Below, in pieces: positions 25,139 through 38,000 of a DNA stretch of 64,000 nucleotides. The position numbers were made by a program, and so were the translations under genes. The number at the start of each line of letters is the position of its first letter. Position 1 is the first letter of the stretch. The notes under the pieces were generated by a model. The model made no database searches. It was not told where the DNA came from and worked only from the letters and a program-made list of their open reading frames with translations. The DNA is from Callorhinchus milii (lineage: Eukaryota): assembly GCF_018977255.1 (NCBI RefSeq), contig NW_024704743.1:45076001-45140000 (forward strand), given 5' to 3'.

Positions 25139-25299
25139 CTGTAAGAAATGACAGAAACAAGAAGAAAAAGGAGGCACCAAAGCAAGAATGTTCAGAGAGC
25201 TACACGATGACAGCAGAGTTAGAGGATCTAATTGAAAAGATCTGCAAGGCTCATCAGGAAACGTTCCCCTCTCTCTGCCAGCTGGGAAAATACACTACG
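25139..25299 (+). CDS. RARB: Retinoic acid receptor beta, internal coding exon (T-box/hinge and helix 1), 161 bp
   Basis: Acceptor ttcattctttgcccttctag, donor ACG|gtaagt. Translates (phase 1) as [54 protein letters not shown], matching the RAR hinge. KQEC, MTAEL and FPSL are RARB-like. Not in the ORF track. Confidence 0.96.
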
Positions 25300-25522
25300 G
25301 TAAGTATTGGGCCACAGATGTCTGTTGCTTTGAGCAGTGTGCAGAACAGTTAATTAGATCATCTTGACTGAGAAGACATTCATTTGCAGGAAATTTTGAG
25401 TTCATTGAAGCTTGTGTTAGCATGAAGCACAACTAACAAAGATACTATGGCACGGGTATGAGCAACGCTAGCTAAGCAGATGGGTGGAAATTCCACCGGG
25501 GCCTAGGTTTACAGTATTAATG

Positions 25523-25666
25523 GGACATTGCTGTGCGCAATTGGCTGCCGCGTTTGCCCACAAATATACAGTCAATTCACTTTACAGTATACTCTGTGAA
25601 GCGCTTTGGGACATCTAGAAGACATGAAAAGCGCTATATCAAATGCAAGGATTATTATTATTATTA
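25523..25666 (+). mobile_element. 5'-truncated SINE inserted in a MITE, with TSD taatg
   Basis: SINE 3' half flanked by taatg at 25518-25522 and 25667-25671. Confidence 0.82.
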
Positions 25667-26526
25667 TAATGTAACATTTCAGAGAGTCCAGAATTTCTCA
25701 AATTCCTAAATGCAGTCTTTAATTTTGAAGCTGTTTTTCTGTAAGTTCTTTTAAGAACTTCAAAATGAAGACAAAATTCAACAATTTGCCAAATTCTGCA
25801 CACAATGAAATGCTACCATAATAGAGTAAATTATCTCCACGCCAACAAATCTCCCAAATAAAATTGGTCATTCACACCATGGCTTTTTGTGGGACATTTC
25901 TGTACACAAATTGGCTGCCACATTTGCCCACAAAACAGTTATTGCACTTTACAGTACCTCCTGTGAAGTGCTTTCTGATGTCCTCTCAATGTCATAACAA
26001 TAAAAATAATAATAGGTTTTCTTGCCTTTGGTTTAGCACCTTTCATGTCAGTAGACAAATACAGCAGCCCAATGGCACTCACAGCAAACCAACTGTAAAG
26101 ACTATTGTTATTAAATTTAGATCCAGTAGAATTTGTTTTCAGGATTGGATTAAACATTTTTGTATGTTTCTTGTAGATTTTCCTTATTACACAAATCTCA
26201 TTCTGTTTGATATTTTTTACTGCATTTTTGTCTGTCACACAATAATAATGTGTACTTTTGCAGCTGAAATGCACTTATTCTGGTTCCAAAACCTCTGTGT
26301 CTTAGTCCTGCTCCTAATGAGCAGTCAGTTTGGCAATCAGAATTAATAGTGTAGCATGGGAGTTTGCAGTGTTTATCACTTTAACAATTTCAGAACCTCC
26401 CTTCCCATGGAGACCGCCTCTTCAATGAGAAATAACATCACAAAGTTAGAATTTGTATACAGTTTATTCAGTCTTAGAAATTAGAGAGAGGGTTGCCACC
26501 AAGCTCCTCCCCCATTTGTCATTCCC

Positions 26527-27160
26527 TTAGGAACATAGGAACAGGAATAGGCCATTCAGCCCCTCAAGTCTGTTCCATCATTCTATTAGTCCCTAGCTGA
26601 TCTGTACCTCAACTTCAGTTGCCTGCCTTTTCTTTATATCCTTGATAGCCTTATCTAACAAATATTTGTCGACCTCAGACTTGAAAATTCCAATTGCCCC
26701 AGCATTCACAACCTTTTGGGGATAGAAATAATAATAATAATAATAATAATCCTTGCATTTGATATAGTGCTTTTCACGTCGGGAGGACGTCCCAAAGCGC
26801 TTCACAGAACACACTGTAAAGTGAATTGACTGTATATTTGTGGGCGAACGCGGCAGCCAATTGCGCACAGAAATGTCCCACAAACAGTCATAGATTGAAA
26901 ATGACCAATTTATTATTGGTTTTGATTTTTTGGAGGGATTATTATAAGGCGTTTGGAGTAAGGAAACTTGCCCAAGGTTTCGCCCTCTGCCTGGAATTGA
27001 ACTCAGGTCTCTCGCTTGCAAAGCGAGTGCTCTAACCACTGAGCTACAGGACTCAACATTTGGAGTGAAAAAACACTTCCTGGTTTCACTCCTAACTTGC
27101 CTAGCTCTAATTTTAAGATTATGCCCGCTCGTTCTGGATGTCCTCACCAGAGGAAATAGT
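26527..27160 (-). mobile_element. CR1 3' end fragment interrupted by a tRNA-SINE
   Basis: Tail aggaacataggaacaggaataggccattcagccc. Peptides LFPLVRTSRTSGHNLKIR and FKSEVDKYL lie on either side of the SINE. Confidence 0.82.
26727..27054 (-). mobile_element. tRNA-derived SINE, full length, short subfamily
   Basis: Reverse complement of the 38567 copy, inserted in a CR1 fragment. Confidence 0.9.
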
Positions 27161-27396
27161 CCCAAACAAATGGGAGCATGGCAGACAATAGTGTAAATAA
27201 GGGCATACTTGTTGTCATCACTGTTCACATTTGTTTGAATAGATGGAGCCTGGGCAAGTGAAAATACAATTAATGGGCCATCTGTCAGTGCTGGCTGCAT
27301 TGCCCCTCAGCTGTTTGTTTACATCAGGACCAATCAAAAACCATTGAGAAGCTGGGGGTGTGACAGAAAAGATAGGACTGAGGGATAGTGGGCATC

Positions 27397-27754
27397 ATAA
27401 TAATAATAATAATCCTTGCATTTGATGAGGCACCTTATCACATCTTCGAGACATCTCAAAGCGCTTCACAGAATATACTGTAAAGTGAGTTGACTGTATA
27501 TTTTGTGGACGAAATACGGCAGACAATTGCGCACAGCAGTGACACACAAACAGTCATGGATTAAGTGACCAATTTATTATTTTTTTTTGAACAAGTTATT
27601 ACCCCTGGAAAAATGTTCCATCCATCGACTAATAACTCGTTAAACATAGGTGTGTGGAATAAGGAAACTTGCCCAACGTTTCGCCCTGCCCGAAATCAAA
27701 CCCAGGTCTCTTGCTTGCGAGGCGAGTGCTCTAACCACTGAGCTATAGGCCTCC
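27397..27754 (-). mobile_element. tRNA-derived SINE, long subfamily with a small internal deletion
   Basis: Colinear with the 57003 copy; part of the central segment is missing. Confidence 0.88.
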
Positions 27755-28189
27755 AACATAGCAGAAAATTGGGATTTGAGCAAGAGTGGCTGGGGAAGAC
27801 AATGGACAAAGTGATGTGGAGTGATCCAGAGTGGGTAGAATAGAGATGAGGGCAGGAGTATCTGAGGAATAATGACAGGCAAAGAGAGTGAATGGTTTGG
27901 GCTGTGTGTACAACAGAAGCTGCCAAACTGTGCAAAGGAAAAGGTGCTCAACAATCATGACTGGGAGAAGAGAGAAGCAATAGCTAAATGGAGGTGACTG
28001 TATTTCCCATTACCTAGCTCCACCCTGGTTAGGAACATTTAACTCATTCAGCCTGATTCACCATTGCCTTAGTTTATGACAGCTCTCCAACTTTCTAATC
28101 TCATTTCCCTGTTATTCCACCATACTACTCAATACCCTTGCTTCCCAAATCCCTATCTATTTCCCCCTTGAAGCCCTCAAATGATTCAC

Positions 28190-29390
28190 AAGATCACAAG
28201 AAAGGTTTGGATGAAGAAGTCACTTTTGCCCATTTGATCTCATCCTTTTGTTTTTAAGTAAGTCCAGTGTCCTGTCTGAACCACCCTCCTGGTAATCTGT
28301 TTTACGTGTTAATTAACCTGTGCAAAGAGAATAATTTCCTGGTATCTGTCCTGAAATTACCCCTTGCAACCATAAACCTATGCCCGCTTGTTGGTGCATC
28401 TTAAAAGATAGATTTATTTTCTTAATCCCATTTAAAGTCTTATATACCATTATAAGGTCCTGTGTGAGATATCTCCTTTCAAAACTGAAGAGGCATAGCT
28501 TGTTTAGTTGTTGCTCATAGTTTGTTCCTCTACCCCTGGGAATCATCCTCATTACTCTCCTCTGCATTACCTCTAGGGCTTGCGCAGCCTCCTCGTGACA
28601 CAGCAATCATAACTGTTTGCAGTACTCTAGGGTTGGCCCAATCACAGGACTGTACAGTGTCCGTATTGACTTCTGGGGATCTGAACTCAACTGATGTAGC
28701 CCAACATCTTGTTTTGAACTTAATTTGCCAGTCAAGACTTGCCAGAATTGCACTCACAGTCAATTCATTTGACAGTATATTCTGTGAAACTCTTTGAGTC
28801 ATCTCAAAGACATGATAAGGCGCTATATCAAATGCAAGGATTATTATTATTATTATCAGCAGCTCATGTGCTTACTCCATCAAGGTCTCTTTATAAGACC
28901 TTTAGTGTTTCCCCTTATTCCATAGTTTCTCCCCAGCTTGTGAGGAGAAATTCTATCGAGATCTAGATTTGCTTTATTAAGATTTTAGGATATCCAGAAT
29001 TTGTCAAATTCTTAGAAACACCCTTAATTTTGAAGCTGGTCCATGTAAGTTTATTTTAAGAAAACCAACTGCAAAGTGAAAACTGAATTTTACAATTTGT
29101 CCCATTAACAGCACTCTAAAATGTTACATTGAGTAAATCTAAACCAAGGTGGAATTTCTCCCCATTGGTGTCATCTGCAAATGTAACTGCTTTACATTGG
29201 GTCTGCAAATCCAAGACATTAATGTCTAAAAGGAGACCCAGCACAGACCCCTGAGGCACCCTCCTTAATACCTCCCACCATTTGACCTAGCTCCCCTCAG
29301 AATGACCCTCTGTTTCCCTTTCCTTCAGCCAAGTTTTGAATCCATGTCTATGTCCTGACACTGATACCAGTGACGTTAGTTTGTTTGGAT
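28190..29390 (-). mobile_element. Old CR1 RT/3' fragment, interrupted by a SINE tail (~28740-28855) and a MITE (28941-29164)
   Basis: Minus-strand GVPQGSVLG and FADDT|KLG coding. ORF 28313-28606 reads LEVMQRRVMRMIP...LNKLCLFSFERR. Confidence 0.8.
28941..29164. mobile_element. MITE of the same family, 3-bp TSD (ttg)
   Basis: ~30-bp imperfect TIRs tgaggagaaattctatc / ggtggaatttctcccca. Removing it restores CR1 DDT-KLG coding. Confidence 0.82.
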
Positions 29391-31256
29391 TTATGACCTT
29401 CTGGGGCAATGCATTCCAGTCTCACATACTATTGTGAGAAGAAACGTTTTCTGAATTCACTTTTAACTGACATAAATCTAATTTTAAGATTATGTACATG
29501 TCTCTTCTGGGACCATTTTCTTTCATTTCAGATGTTGACAAATGTCATCAGAAGCATCGAAGGACTTCCATTAGGATTGTTCTTATCTTAAAAACAATGC
29601 ATGATGACTGATTATCTGACAGACAGGACTATTAACATTCCTAGGGACTAAACCTTCAGGGTCTTTAGAGAAGGCAATCTTAAATGGGTCAGAGTGCTAA
29701 TCAATAATTTTGAGACAAATTGCACCGGACAGTACATGCATTTGATAAATTAAGGCAAATATGCAGTTATATGTTATGTGTACCAGGGAGGTACTATGTT
29801 CATGCTACAGTAAAGAGACGTAATTCTTAAATTGGGTCATGACACTCAGATGAACATCTGAACCTGAACATCTATCTGTTCAGGTGGATGTTAAAGATCC
29901 CATTACACTATTCAAAATCAGTCTCCTGGCCAACAATTCTCCATGTAAATTACTCACTTAGTTCCTGGCTGTTTGTGGGAAATCATTCGCTTAACAGGTA
30001 AAATATTTTGAACCATAACACAGGACACCTAGACCAACTGATCTTAAGCAGAAACTGGGGTATATTTTCTAACCCGCATTTGTTCAAATGAGGACAATCA
30101 ATGAAATGAAGAGAGGATTTTCTGTTGGGAGCCAACCCATTAAGTTGAAATAAATTCTAATTTTACTGATTATTAGATTGTTAAAGTGACATAAACTTAT
30201 CAGAAACTAATGAAAAGTTGCTGTTAAATTTATAGATTTCAGTTAAGTAATCCCCTTTTTGAAATACTTGTAAAGGTAAAAACCCAGGGTAGGAATTTCT
30301 GTACAAACACCAAGCCCACATATATTATTTTGGGGGGAAAAATGAAAAACTTAACCTTGATTTAGGGACTAATTTTCTCCTCCACAGTGATTTAATATTT
30401 CAGATCTACACACAAACATGCAGAGATTTTCCAATAACATGCACAGTGGATGAGCATCTCCATTCACTTAAATATACATGGACTCAGCCGAAAATGTAGA
30501 ACACTGGAGCGGACTATAATGTAAAGAACATTTATCCGGGCAAATACTAAGGCCCACGGTTCTATCTTATGTTACTCTGTATGAATATATACAGATGATG
30601 TTTTATTCTGTGGAACAATGCCATACTCTGTGTTTTCCTACAAAATACGCAGTCATTGCAATCAGAACCCATTATAGTATATCCTGGGAAGTGGTTTGAG
30701 AAATCCTCCAGATATGAATGAGTTTATATCAAATGTAAGGATTATTATTATTACGTCCATTATGTCTTAAAATTCAAGAACATTGCAAAAACTTGATTAA
30801 TTCAGGCTTAATTTGGAAACCGCTTCTTTTTAAGAACTGGAAAATCAGTTTTCTAACTAAGGTTGAATTTAAGTATTTTCACATTTCTCCTTAATTTTTG
30901 ATTTTAAGACAAAATGTTCAGGCTAACATTAGGTGTAATTTCAGGCCTCTACGTTATCCATGTACAACAAATACATTTTATACAAATCAACTTATGTACA
31001 AAGTTCATCCCAGCATTTCTACATTTCAATTTAACATCTCATCCAAAAGACGGCCTTCCAGCCATGCAGGATTCCCTTAGTACTGCAGTGGTTGTCACTC
31101 TGGATTAGACGTTCAAGCCTTGGGGGGGAAGAGCATGGAGTCACAACCTTCTGACCTGGAGTGCTTACAATTGAGCCAAGCTGACATATAAATAACTCAA
31201 AGATTGCAGATATCTGTAATATGGGCAAGGCAGCATGTTATTGCTGTGTAATATAG

Positions 31257-31666
31257 GGTGTCAGCTTCGCTCAGTTAGTAGCACTCACCTCTGAATCAAG
31301 CGGGACAATGGGCTTTAAACTCACAGTTGAGGCTGACAATCCAGTGCATTGCTAGGTTGCATTTTATTTTTGGATGAGAAGTTAAACCAAGTTCTACTTG
31401 TTCAGGTGGTTATTAAAGATGCCATGGCACTATTTGAAAAGAGAAGGACATTTTTCCCAGTGCCCTGACCAACAATTCCCCAAATAAAATTGGTCAGTCA
31501 TTTCATTGGCTGTTTGTGGGATATTGCTGTGAGTAGACTAGCTGCCGGGTTCGCCCACAGATACACAGGCACTATACTTCACAGTAAAATCCTGTAAAGC
31601 ACTTTGAGACATCTCAACAGCGTGATAAGGCGCTCTATGAAATGGAAGGATTATTATATATTATTA
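31257..31666 (+). mobile_element. Deu-domain SINE (SacSINE1/AmnSINE-like), near full length
   Basis: Head gtcagcttcgctcagttagtagcactcacctctgaatca, Deu-like core ggatgagaagttaaacc...caggtggttattaaagatgccatggcactatttgaaaagagaagg, L2-like tail. Family assigned from recall. Related copies at ~21500-21830 (-), 23520-23800 (+), 43618-43990 (-), 47810-47960 (+), 48060-48298 (-), 49490-49790 (+), 50540-50850 (-) and 63000-63300 (-). Confidence 0.75.
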
Positions 31667-32869
31667 GAATGTTATTCGCTAACAAAGCGTATTAAGGTAT
31701 TTTGGTAAAAGTTTCTTTTTGCGTTAGCGAACTGAAGTTTACACATATCGTAATGATTTGAAATATTTTTATCCCTATCGTGATACAAAACCACATGAAG
31801 AAGCTCGGTAACTAAGATGGCAGCCTTGGGAGTTTGGTCAATGCCTCGGACAACTTAGAGGGTACAGATGGCTGTGTGATTGGTTTCCTCTTTGCAGTTG
31901 AATGAAGTCAACATTTCTCTAGTGTTTCGCAGCTGTGTAACCCACTCCCAGCCATCACTTATTTATTTTAAAACAGGATCTGGTTAACTAAACACTTCTT
32001 TAATGATTTACACATCTTACTTGCCCTGATGTCGTGTTATGGGAAAGGTCCGTTGTTTTGAAAGCAAATGAAACAGATTTCAAGCAGAGGGTGTTTATGA
32101 GAGTCAGCGCATATTTACAGAGTTGTGTTTATGTTAAAAATACTCAATCTGTTCTGAAGCACGTTGCCATATTTACGTGCTTTTGAGTTCAATCAAATTC
32201 AGGCAATGTATCAAGATGTCGTATTGATGAATAATTTCAGTAGGGTTTTTTGTGTGTTTTCATTTTTTGTTATTGTTGATTCATTTATTTTAATTTAGAA
32301 AAAACAATCCTCTGGCTATTAATGGTAGATATCTTCAATTAGAGATTGCACCTTTGGTAAATAAGAATGAATTGTGTGATTTTCTCTGACTTTGTATCAT
32401 CTGTTAATTTTGGTACAGAACACCACTCTAAAAAGCTAGCAATAACGGCACTAATCGTTGATAAACTTTCTAATAAAACACTTTAATGTACCAACAGACA
32501 GTGTGCATCTTGCTCAGAGTCATTGCTTAGATCTTCTCTGTGTGCCAAGCTTCCTAATCTGACTTTGAGTACTGTGATCTGAAGTTCCACAGGGTCTTAA
32601 TCTTAAATTTTAAGAGACAACATTGCAGGAATTTGGAAATTTATAAAATTCGGTCTTGATTTGGAAATCTGGTGTCTGCAATTTGTTTAAAGAAATTTCC
32701 AAAATCCTGTCCAGTCTTAAATTTTAAAACAGTGATGTTAAGGTTGAGTCCACAAAATACACAGTCAATTCACTTTACAGTATATTCTGTGAAGCGCTTT
32801 GAGACGTCTCGACGATGTGATAAGGTTCTATATTAAATGTAAGGATTATTATTATAATTTCAGAGCTCT

Positions 32870-33405
32870 GATTATTAACCAGAGACAAAGTCCATGTCTG
32901 AGCTTTAGGTGAGGAATGAATGCAGCTCGGTTGTAATCCTGCTTGTCGGCCTTCTCAACTCCTCCCTCCACAGGCTGCAGATAATCCAGAACTCTGCAGC
33001 CCGTGTCCTCTCCCGCACCAAACTCTGTGATCCCATCTCCACCATTCTTGCCCGACTCCACTGACTCCCTATCTTTCAGAGGATCCTGTTCAAGATCCTG
33101 GTCCTCACATACAAAGCCCTCACCCCACCCTACCTCTGCGACCTCCTAACCCCCTACCATCCCGCCCATTCCCTCTGCTCAGCCAGCTCTGGCCTGCTCC
33201 ACACCTCGCCCCCTCCTTAGCCTCCTTCAAGTCCCGCCTCAAGACCCTCCTCTTCGACCAGGCCATCGGCCACCCCCCTTCCCCTCCCCTCCCTCCCCAC
33301 CCAACCACAGCTCGGGTCTGAAATGCTGTACTCTATCCAGCACCTTGGGACATCCTCTTCACGTGAAGGCTATCCCAATGTAATCTTGTTTTTGTTCTTG
33401 TTGTT
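32870..33405 (+). mobile_element. L2 3' fragment
   Basis: Codes LLVGL..SSLHRLQIIQNSAARVL and FKILVLTYKAL, then a C-rich 3' region and an L2 tail. Confidence 0.8.
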
Positions 33406-33454
33406 ATAGTTGAAAAACTTGCTAGTACTCACTGTCATGGTTAATAATAGTCCT

Positions 33455-33870
33455 AATAATATTTGCATTTGGTATAGCAATTTATCATGTAGTCGAGACA
33501 TCACAAATCGCTTCACAGGAACGTATAGTAAAGTGGTGTGACTGCATGTATTTTGTGGGTGAACACAACAACCAATTTACATACAATAATGATCACAATT
33601 ATTGACCAATTTTCTGTTATGTAGTTGACCAGGACACCAGGAGAAACTCCTTTCGCTTTTCAAATAGTTCAATGGTATCTTTAATGTCCTCCTGAACAGG
33701 GAGACAAGTTTAACATCTAATCCGAAGGATGACACCTCTGACAATATAGCACCCCCCCAGCACTGCGCTGGATTATCATATTAGATTATATGATTTCCAA
33801 GTTCCGACGTGGGGATTGAACCTACAGCTTTCTAACTCAGAAGCATGAGTGCTACCAGCCAAGTCATACT
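33455..33870 (-). mobile_element. Deu-domain SINE, near full length
   Basis: Reverse complement resembles the 31257 copy across head, core and tail. Confidence 0.75.
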
Positions 33871-34651
33871 AATATATAAATAATGGCCACTTTCAGTCAT
33901 CTTTCCCCTCTCCACCCCCTCGGCTTCCATTCCATCCCCAGCATGGGTGCCCAATCAGCAGTGTTAAGCACTCTGTGACATCCTCCCGATAAGAGAGGCA
34001 CTACTTTAATGTAAATTGTATTGTATTGAGTGAGATACTGGAAGGTGTCGGGTGCCAATGGAACCATATCCCAGTAGATTAAAAAAAAGTCCGGCACCTT
34101 TAGGAATGCAGGAAGGAAGAAATTGGCAGAAGCTCCAAACACAGAAAGTACAACTCACACACCAGATGCTACTTAATCTTTCTTGCCAATAATTCTCCTC
34201 CAGTTCTCTCACCCTCTTCTTAAAACCATTTGTTTTTTATAATCCTTTTTTAATTTTAAATTAATAATTTTAAGAAGTGGAGGTCAGCTGAGCAGATCCT
34301 GTTGATTCAGGACACCAAGAAGTCCATGACCTCCTTTCATTTGAAGAATATGTAGAAATCTACAGCTGCTGCCAGAAATCTGCATGAAATGTACTAAATC
34401 AGTGCAAATTGTTGTTGTTGATAAGCACTTTAGTCCTGCAGGATAATATTTGCATTTAACAAAATGTGTGGTTCAGTACTATATTTGTGTTCAAAAATAG
34501 AAATAGGAAACTTAAGTAGTTTTTCTTCCAACTGAAATATGTTACTGTCTCATTCCACATCTCTACAGTATATCATTCATTTCCAAAACATTCCAGCCTG
34601 GCAACCTCTATTAATCAGCCAAGTGATCATTATTCATATGTGATTGGAACT

Positions 34652-35016
34652 TAGAGAGTTACCCAGTACACTGAGTAGAGAGTTGGCCAGTACACCTTGT
34701 AGAGAGATACCCAGTACACTGAGTAGAGAGTTGGTCAGTACACCTTGTAGAGAGATACCCAGTACACTGAGTAGAGAGTTGGCCAGTACACCTTGTAGAG
34801 AGATACCTAGTACACTGTGTAGAGAGATACCAAGTACACTGAGTAGAGAGATAACCAATACACTGTGTAGAGAGATACCCAAACACACTGTGTAAAGAGT
34901 TACCCAGTACATTGTGTAGTTACCCAGTATATTGTATAGTTACCCAGTACATTGTGTAGTTACCCAGTATATTGTGTAGTTACCCAGTACATTGTGTAGT
35001 TATCCAGTACATTGTG
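34652..35016. repeat. Compound minisatellite (48-bp dimer, then 24-bp, then 20-bp units)
   Basis: acccagtaca-type unit starts at 34661, 34709 and 34757 (48-bp period), 24-bp units from 34805, and 20-bp units at 34902, 34922, 34942, 34962, 34982 and 35002. Confidence 0.95.
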
Positions 35017-38000
35017 GGGAGGTCCGAGAGAGCATTAGAAAACATTTTTAAGTTTAAAAACAATTTCAGCTTGTTCTTGCTGCTGTCCTCCTTTTCCCCA
35101 ATTCCCATTCGTTTACTGCTTTACATTCACTTAATACCGATACTCGTTTCGCTCACAAAATATACAGTCAATTCCCTTTACAGTATATTTGAGACATCTC
35201 AACAACATGATAAATGGCTATATCAAATATAAGGATTATTATTAATCATGTTTAAAGCTTTACACTGACCTGGTAAGATGGAAACTACACAAGAGCATTG
35301 GTGCTTAGCGGCTGTGAGATTATTTCCCAGTGGAAGGAAAAAGGAGGTGTCTGTCCTGAAATTGCCCTTTGCCCTCTAAATGCCCTCTGCCTCGGTGAAT
35401 CTTAAAGTGAGTCAAACATCTTCCAGAGTGGAGCAGGGGAAGGAGGAAAGGAAGAGAAACTTTTCTTTACAAAAGTTAGAGGCTCAGGTTTCTGTCAGCA
35501 AAAGAAGTTTAACTAAGGGTTAAATTGCCTCATATCTTTGATAGGAAGAAATTGCATGATATATTTTACTAAATATATTCCCCCTTTCAAAGGCCTTTTG
35601 TACTTCAGTTGGATGAATTTTCCGAAAGAAAATTTTTATGAGAGGCATGAAACTCTGCATTCTGCTGGAAGACAGACACAGGCTTTGTGTTTATATTTCA
35701 ACTTTAAACAATATAATAGCTTCCCATAGATGCACAATTTGCGAAAGCTGTTTTCAATTTTTGAAAGCAATGTGAAAATTGTTGGTATTGGAAAAAAAAG
35801 CTACATGGCTACGTGCTCATCTGGTGGTAGCTTCTTGTCCCTGCCCTTGTTTGCCATAGTCAAAACAATCAATGCAGGCATTCTGCTAAATAACAGGAAT
35901 TACAGTAGTGGCCAAGCACGTTCTACTCCCTCAGGGCCTCTGATGTATGCTGGATTCTGTTCCTGATAAGAGTCAGCTGGTGACAAGCGTCAGACTTTTG
36001 CTCTGAATCTCGTCTTTGACCTCCGTGCTTTTCAAAACAGTTCAAAATCATTTCTAAGATTGCATTCATAGCTTCAAGTAACCTGACAGTGATACTAGTT
36101 TTGCTTGAGCTTGGAAACTCCACTGATACTAGAATCTTAGAAATAGAAGTGAAACTGTACAGAGCCCTTCTCATTATCAGGGTCCATTATACGTCATATT
36201 TCAATCGCAGTGAAAATACACCCAAACTTGGCTGCGGTTTTGTTATTTTCCAATGGACCCGTGCCAATATTTTGGCAGTCGCATTCCTGAGACTCATTCT
36301 GCATGAATTGGAGTGAAACCCACCATCGACGCCATCCACATTCATGCAAGACGGCAGGACAATGTGTCGATGGGTCATGGGTAGCAAACTGGGCACATCG
36401 GATACCCACTGTTCTTCACAATATGCCACGTTTATGTATAACAATCCCATACAATGGGTTGTAACTGATGATAGGAGTACAGTACAGATGCGGCCAGTTG
36501 GCCCATGATAAGGGAATTAATCCAGATTCGGATATTGCAAGGGAAAGTATAAAATACTATGATTTGGGGATATTTGGTACATTGTGGGAGTTGTTTTTGA
36601 GTTTAACTGTAACTAATGGGATGATCGTCACTTACATATAATTGCATAGAATGTTGCAGCATGGAAATAGGATTTAGCTCAACTTGTCAGTGCCAGTGTT
36701 TTGTACTCCACATGAGCCTCTAACCCTCTTAAACTGCTCTCCTATACCTCTATTCTCTTCTCCTTCGTGTATGCATAAAGTTTACTCTTAAATATGCGGA
36801 TACTTTCTGCTTCAGTCACAGCCACCGACATTCTCTTGTCTTGTAAGCGCTCCGGGATGCTACCCCATGTGAAGGGCCTATGTAAATGCAAGTTGTTATT
36901 GTTGTTGTTCTTGTTGTCGCTGTTGGATACATTGTCAATCTTAATGTGACTATGAATGTGAAGTGCAGTTTGGGTGGGATGTATTCATTTTTCTAGTATG
37001 TTATTTCACAGCACAAAACTGCCCCTTGTTTTTACATGAATTGGCACTAAATTGGCAAGCTAACTAAGGGAGGCCATCAAGATGCCTGGGGTGGGAAATG
37101 GAAACAAAAAAGAGTTGCTCCTCTGTGGTTAGAACTAAGACATAGTTCTGAGGCAGAGTTGAGGACACTCTATTCTGTAGCTGGCAGTTCTACACATGAT
37201 CTGAAAGTACTTGATGCTGACACTGGAAAAATATAATCGCTTCTCCAACATGAGAATGTCTCCTAATGAACATAAATATTCATTAAAAATGTGATTTGGT
37301 GCAGCTAACTACTGACCACTTGTGATTTCACAATTTCTTCACAAAAGATAGCACTGGTTAGAAATATGATTTGCAGTAAATTTGTGAATCAGAAATAGAA
37401 ATGACAGAATCCCATTCCCCATCTTACATGCATATTGTTGGAAAACGGGTACTGTTATGGGCAATAAGACATGCAATGATTTACTTTAAGTATGCAACTT
37501 ACTTCTTTATTCAGTGGGTTTCAGGAGTTCGATTGATTTTCATAGTCACATTAAGATTGACAAGTACAAGAAAGCTGCTGTAAATGCAGCTGCAATGAAT
37601 AAAGATACTTCAGTCTGCTCTGATTGTTCCAAGCCTGTCCTGAAGCTTCTTCAAAAATGCCAGGCTCTCTCTATTCAATGGACATCATCTGAATGGAACG
37701 TGCTGTTCAATATTCTTCAATAGTCTCCACCTACTCAATCCCTGTTTCAATCCCAAAATACAAATACAAATCCCAATTACTTTTGGTCAGCCTTTTAGCT
37801 CTCAGATCTTCAAGCGCTGAACTGCTTTGTTGCTGACAGTACTTGAGCATGTTTTCTAGTACTTTGAGAAAGCAGGTAAAATCTAAGTGTGGATGTAGGA
37901 TAAGCAATGAGACTGAAATTCCAGTGTTCCCATACATGGAGATGCTCTGCTAGCATCTCTCTCTTGGACAAGATACAAGAATAGGCTTGTTGTCTATTAA

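Noticed and set aside
25864..26346. 160-aa ORF and other 60-155 aa ORFs in the track (e.g. 49886-50353, 56481-56855)
   Set aside because: No recognisable domains, many overlap SINE bodies, and there is no supporting exon structure
26593..27300. 235-aa minus-strand ORF
   Set aside because: Chance read-through across unique sequence, a CR1 fragment and an inserted SINE; the poly-Tyr run is the (ATT)n tail
29834..29882. Cluster of nuclear-receptor half-site-like hexamers (gggtcatgacac, tgaaca-tc-tgaacc-tgaaca)
   Set aside because: Most half-sites are non-canonical TGTTCA, and the cluster looks like a small duplication at the edge of a Deu-SINE fragment
34634..34912. Repetitive ORFs on both strands; superficially CRISPR-like or repeat-protein-like array
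   Set aside because: The units are contiguous with no unique spacers, there are no cas genes, and the context is a vertebrate intron. The open frames result from the 24/48-bp period.
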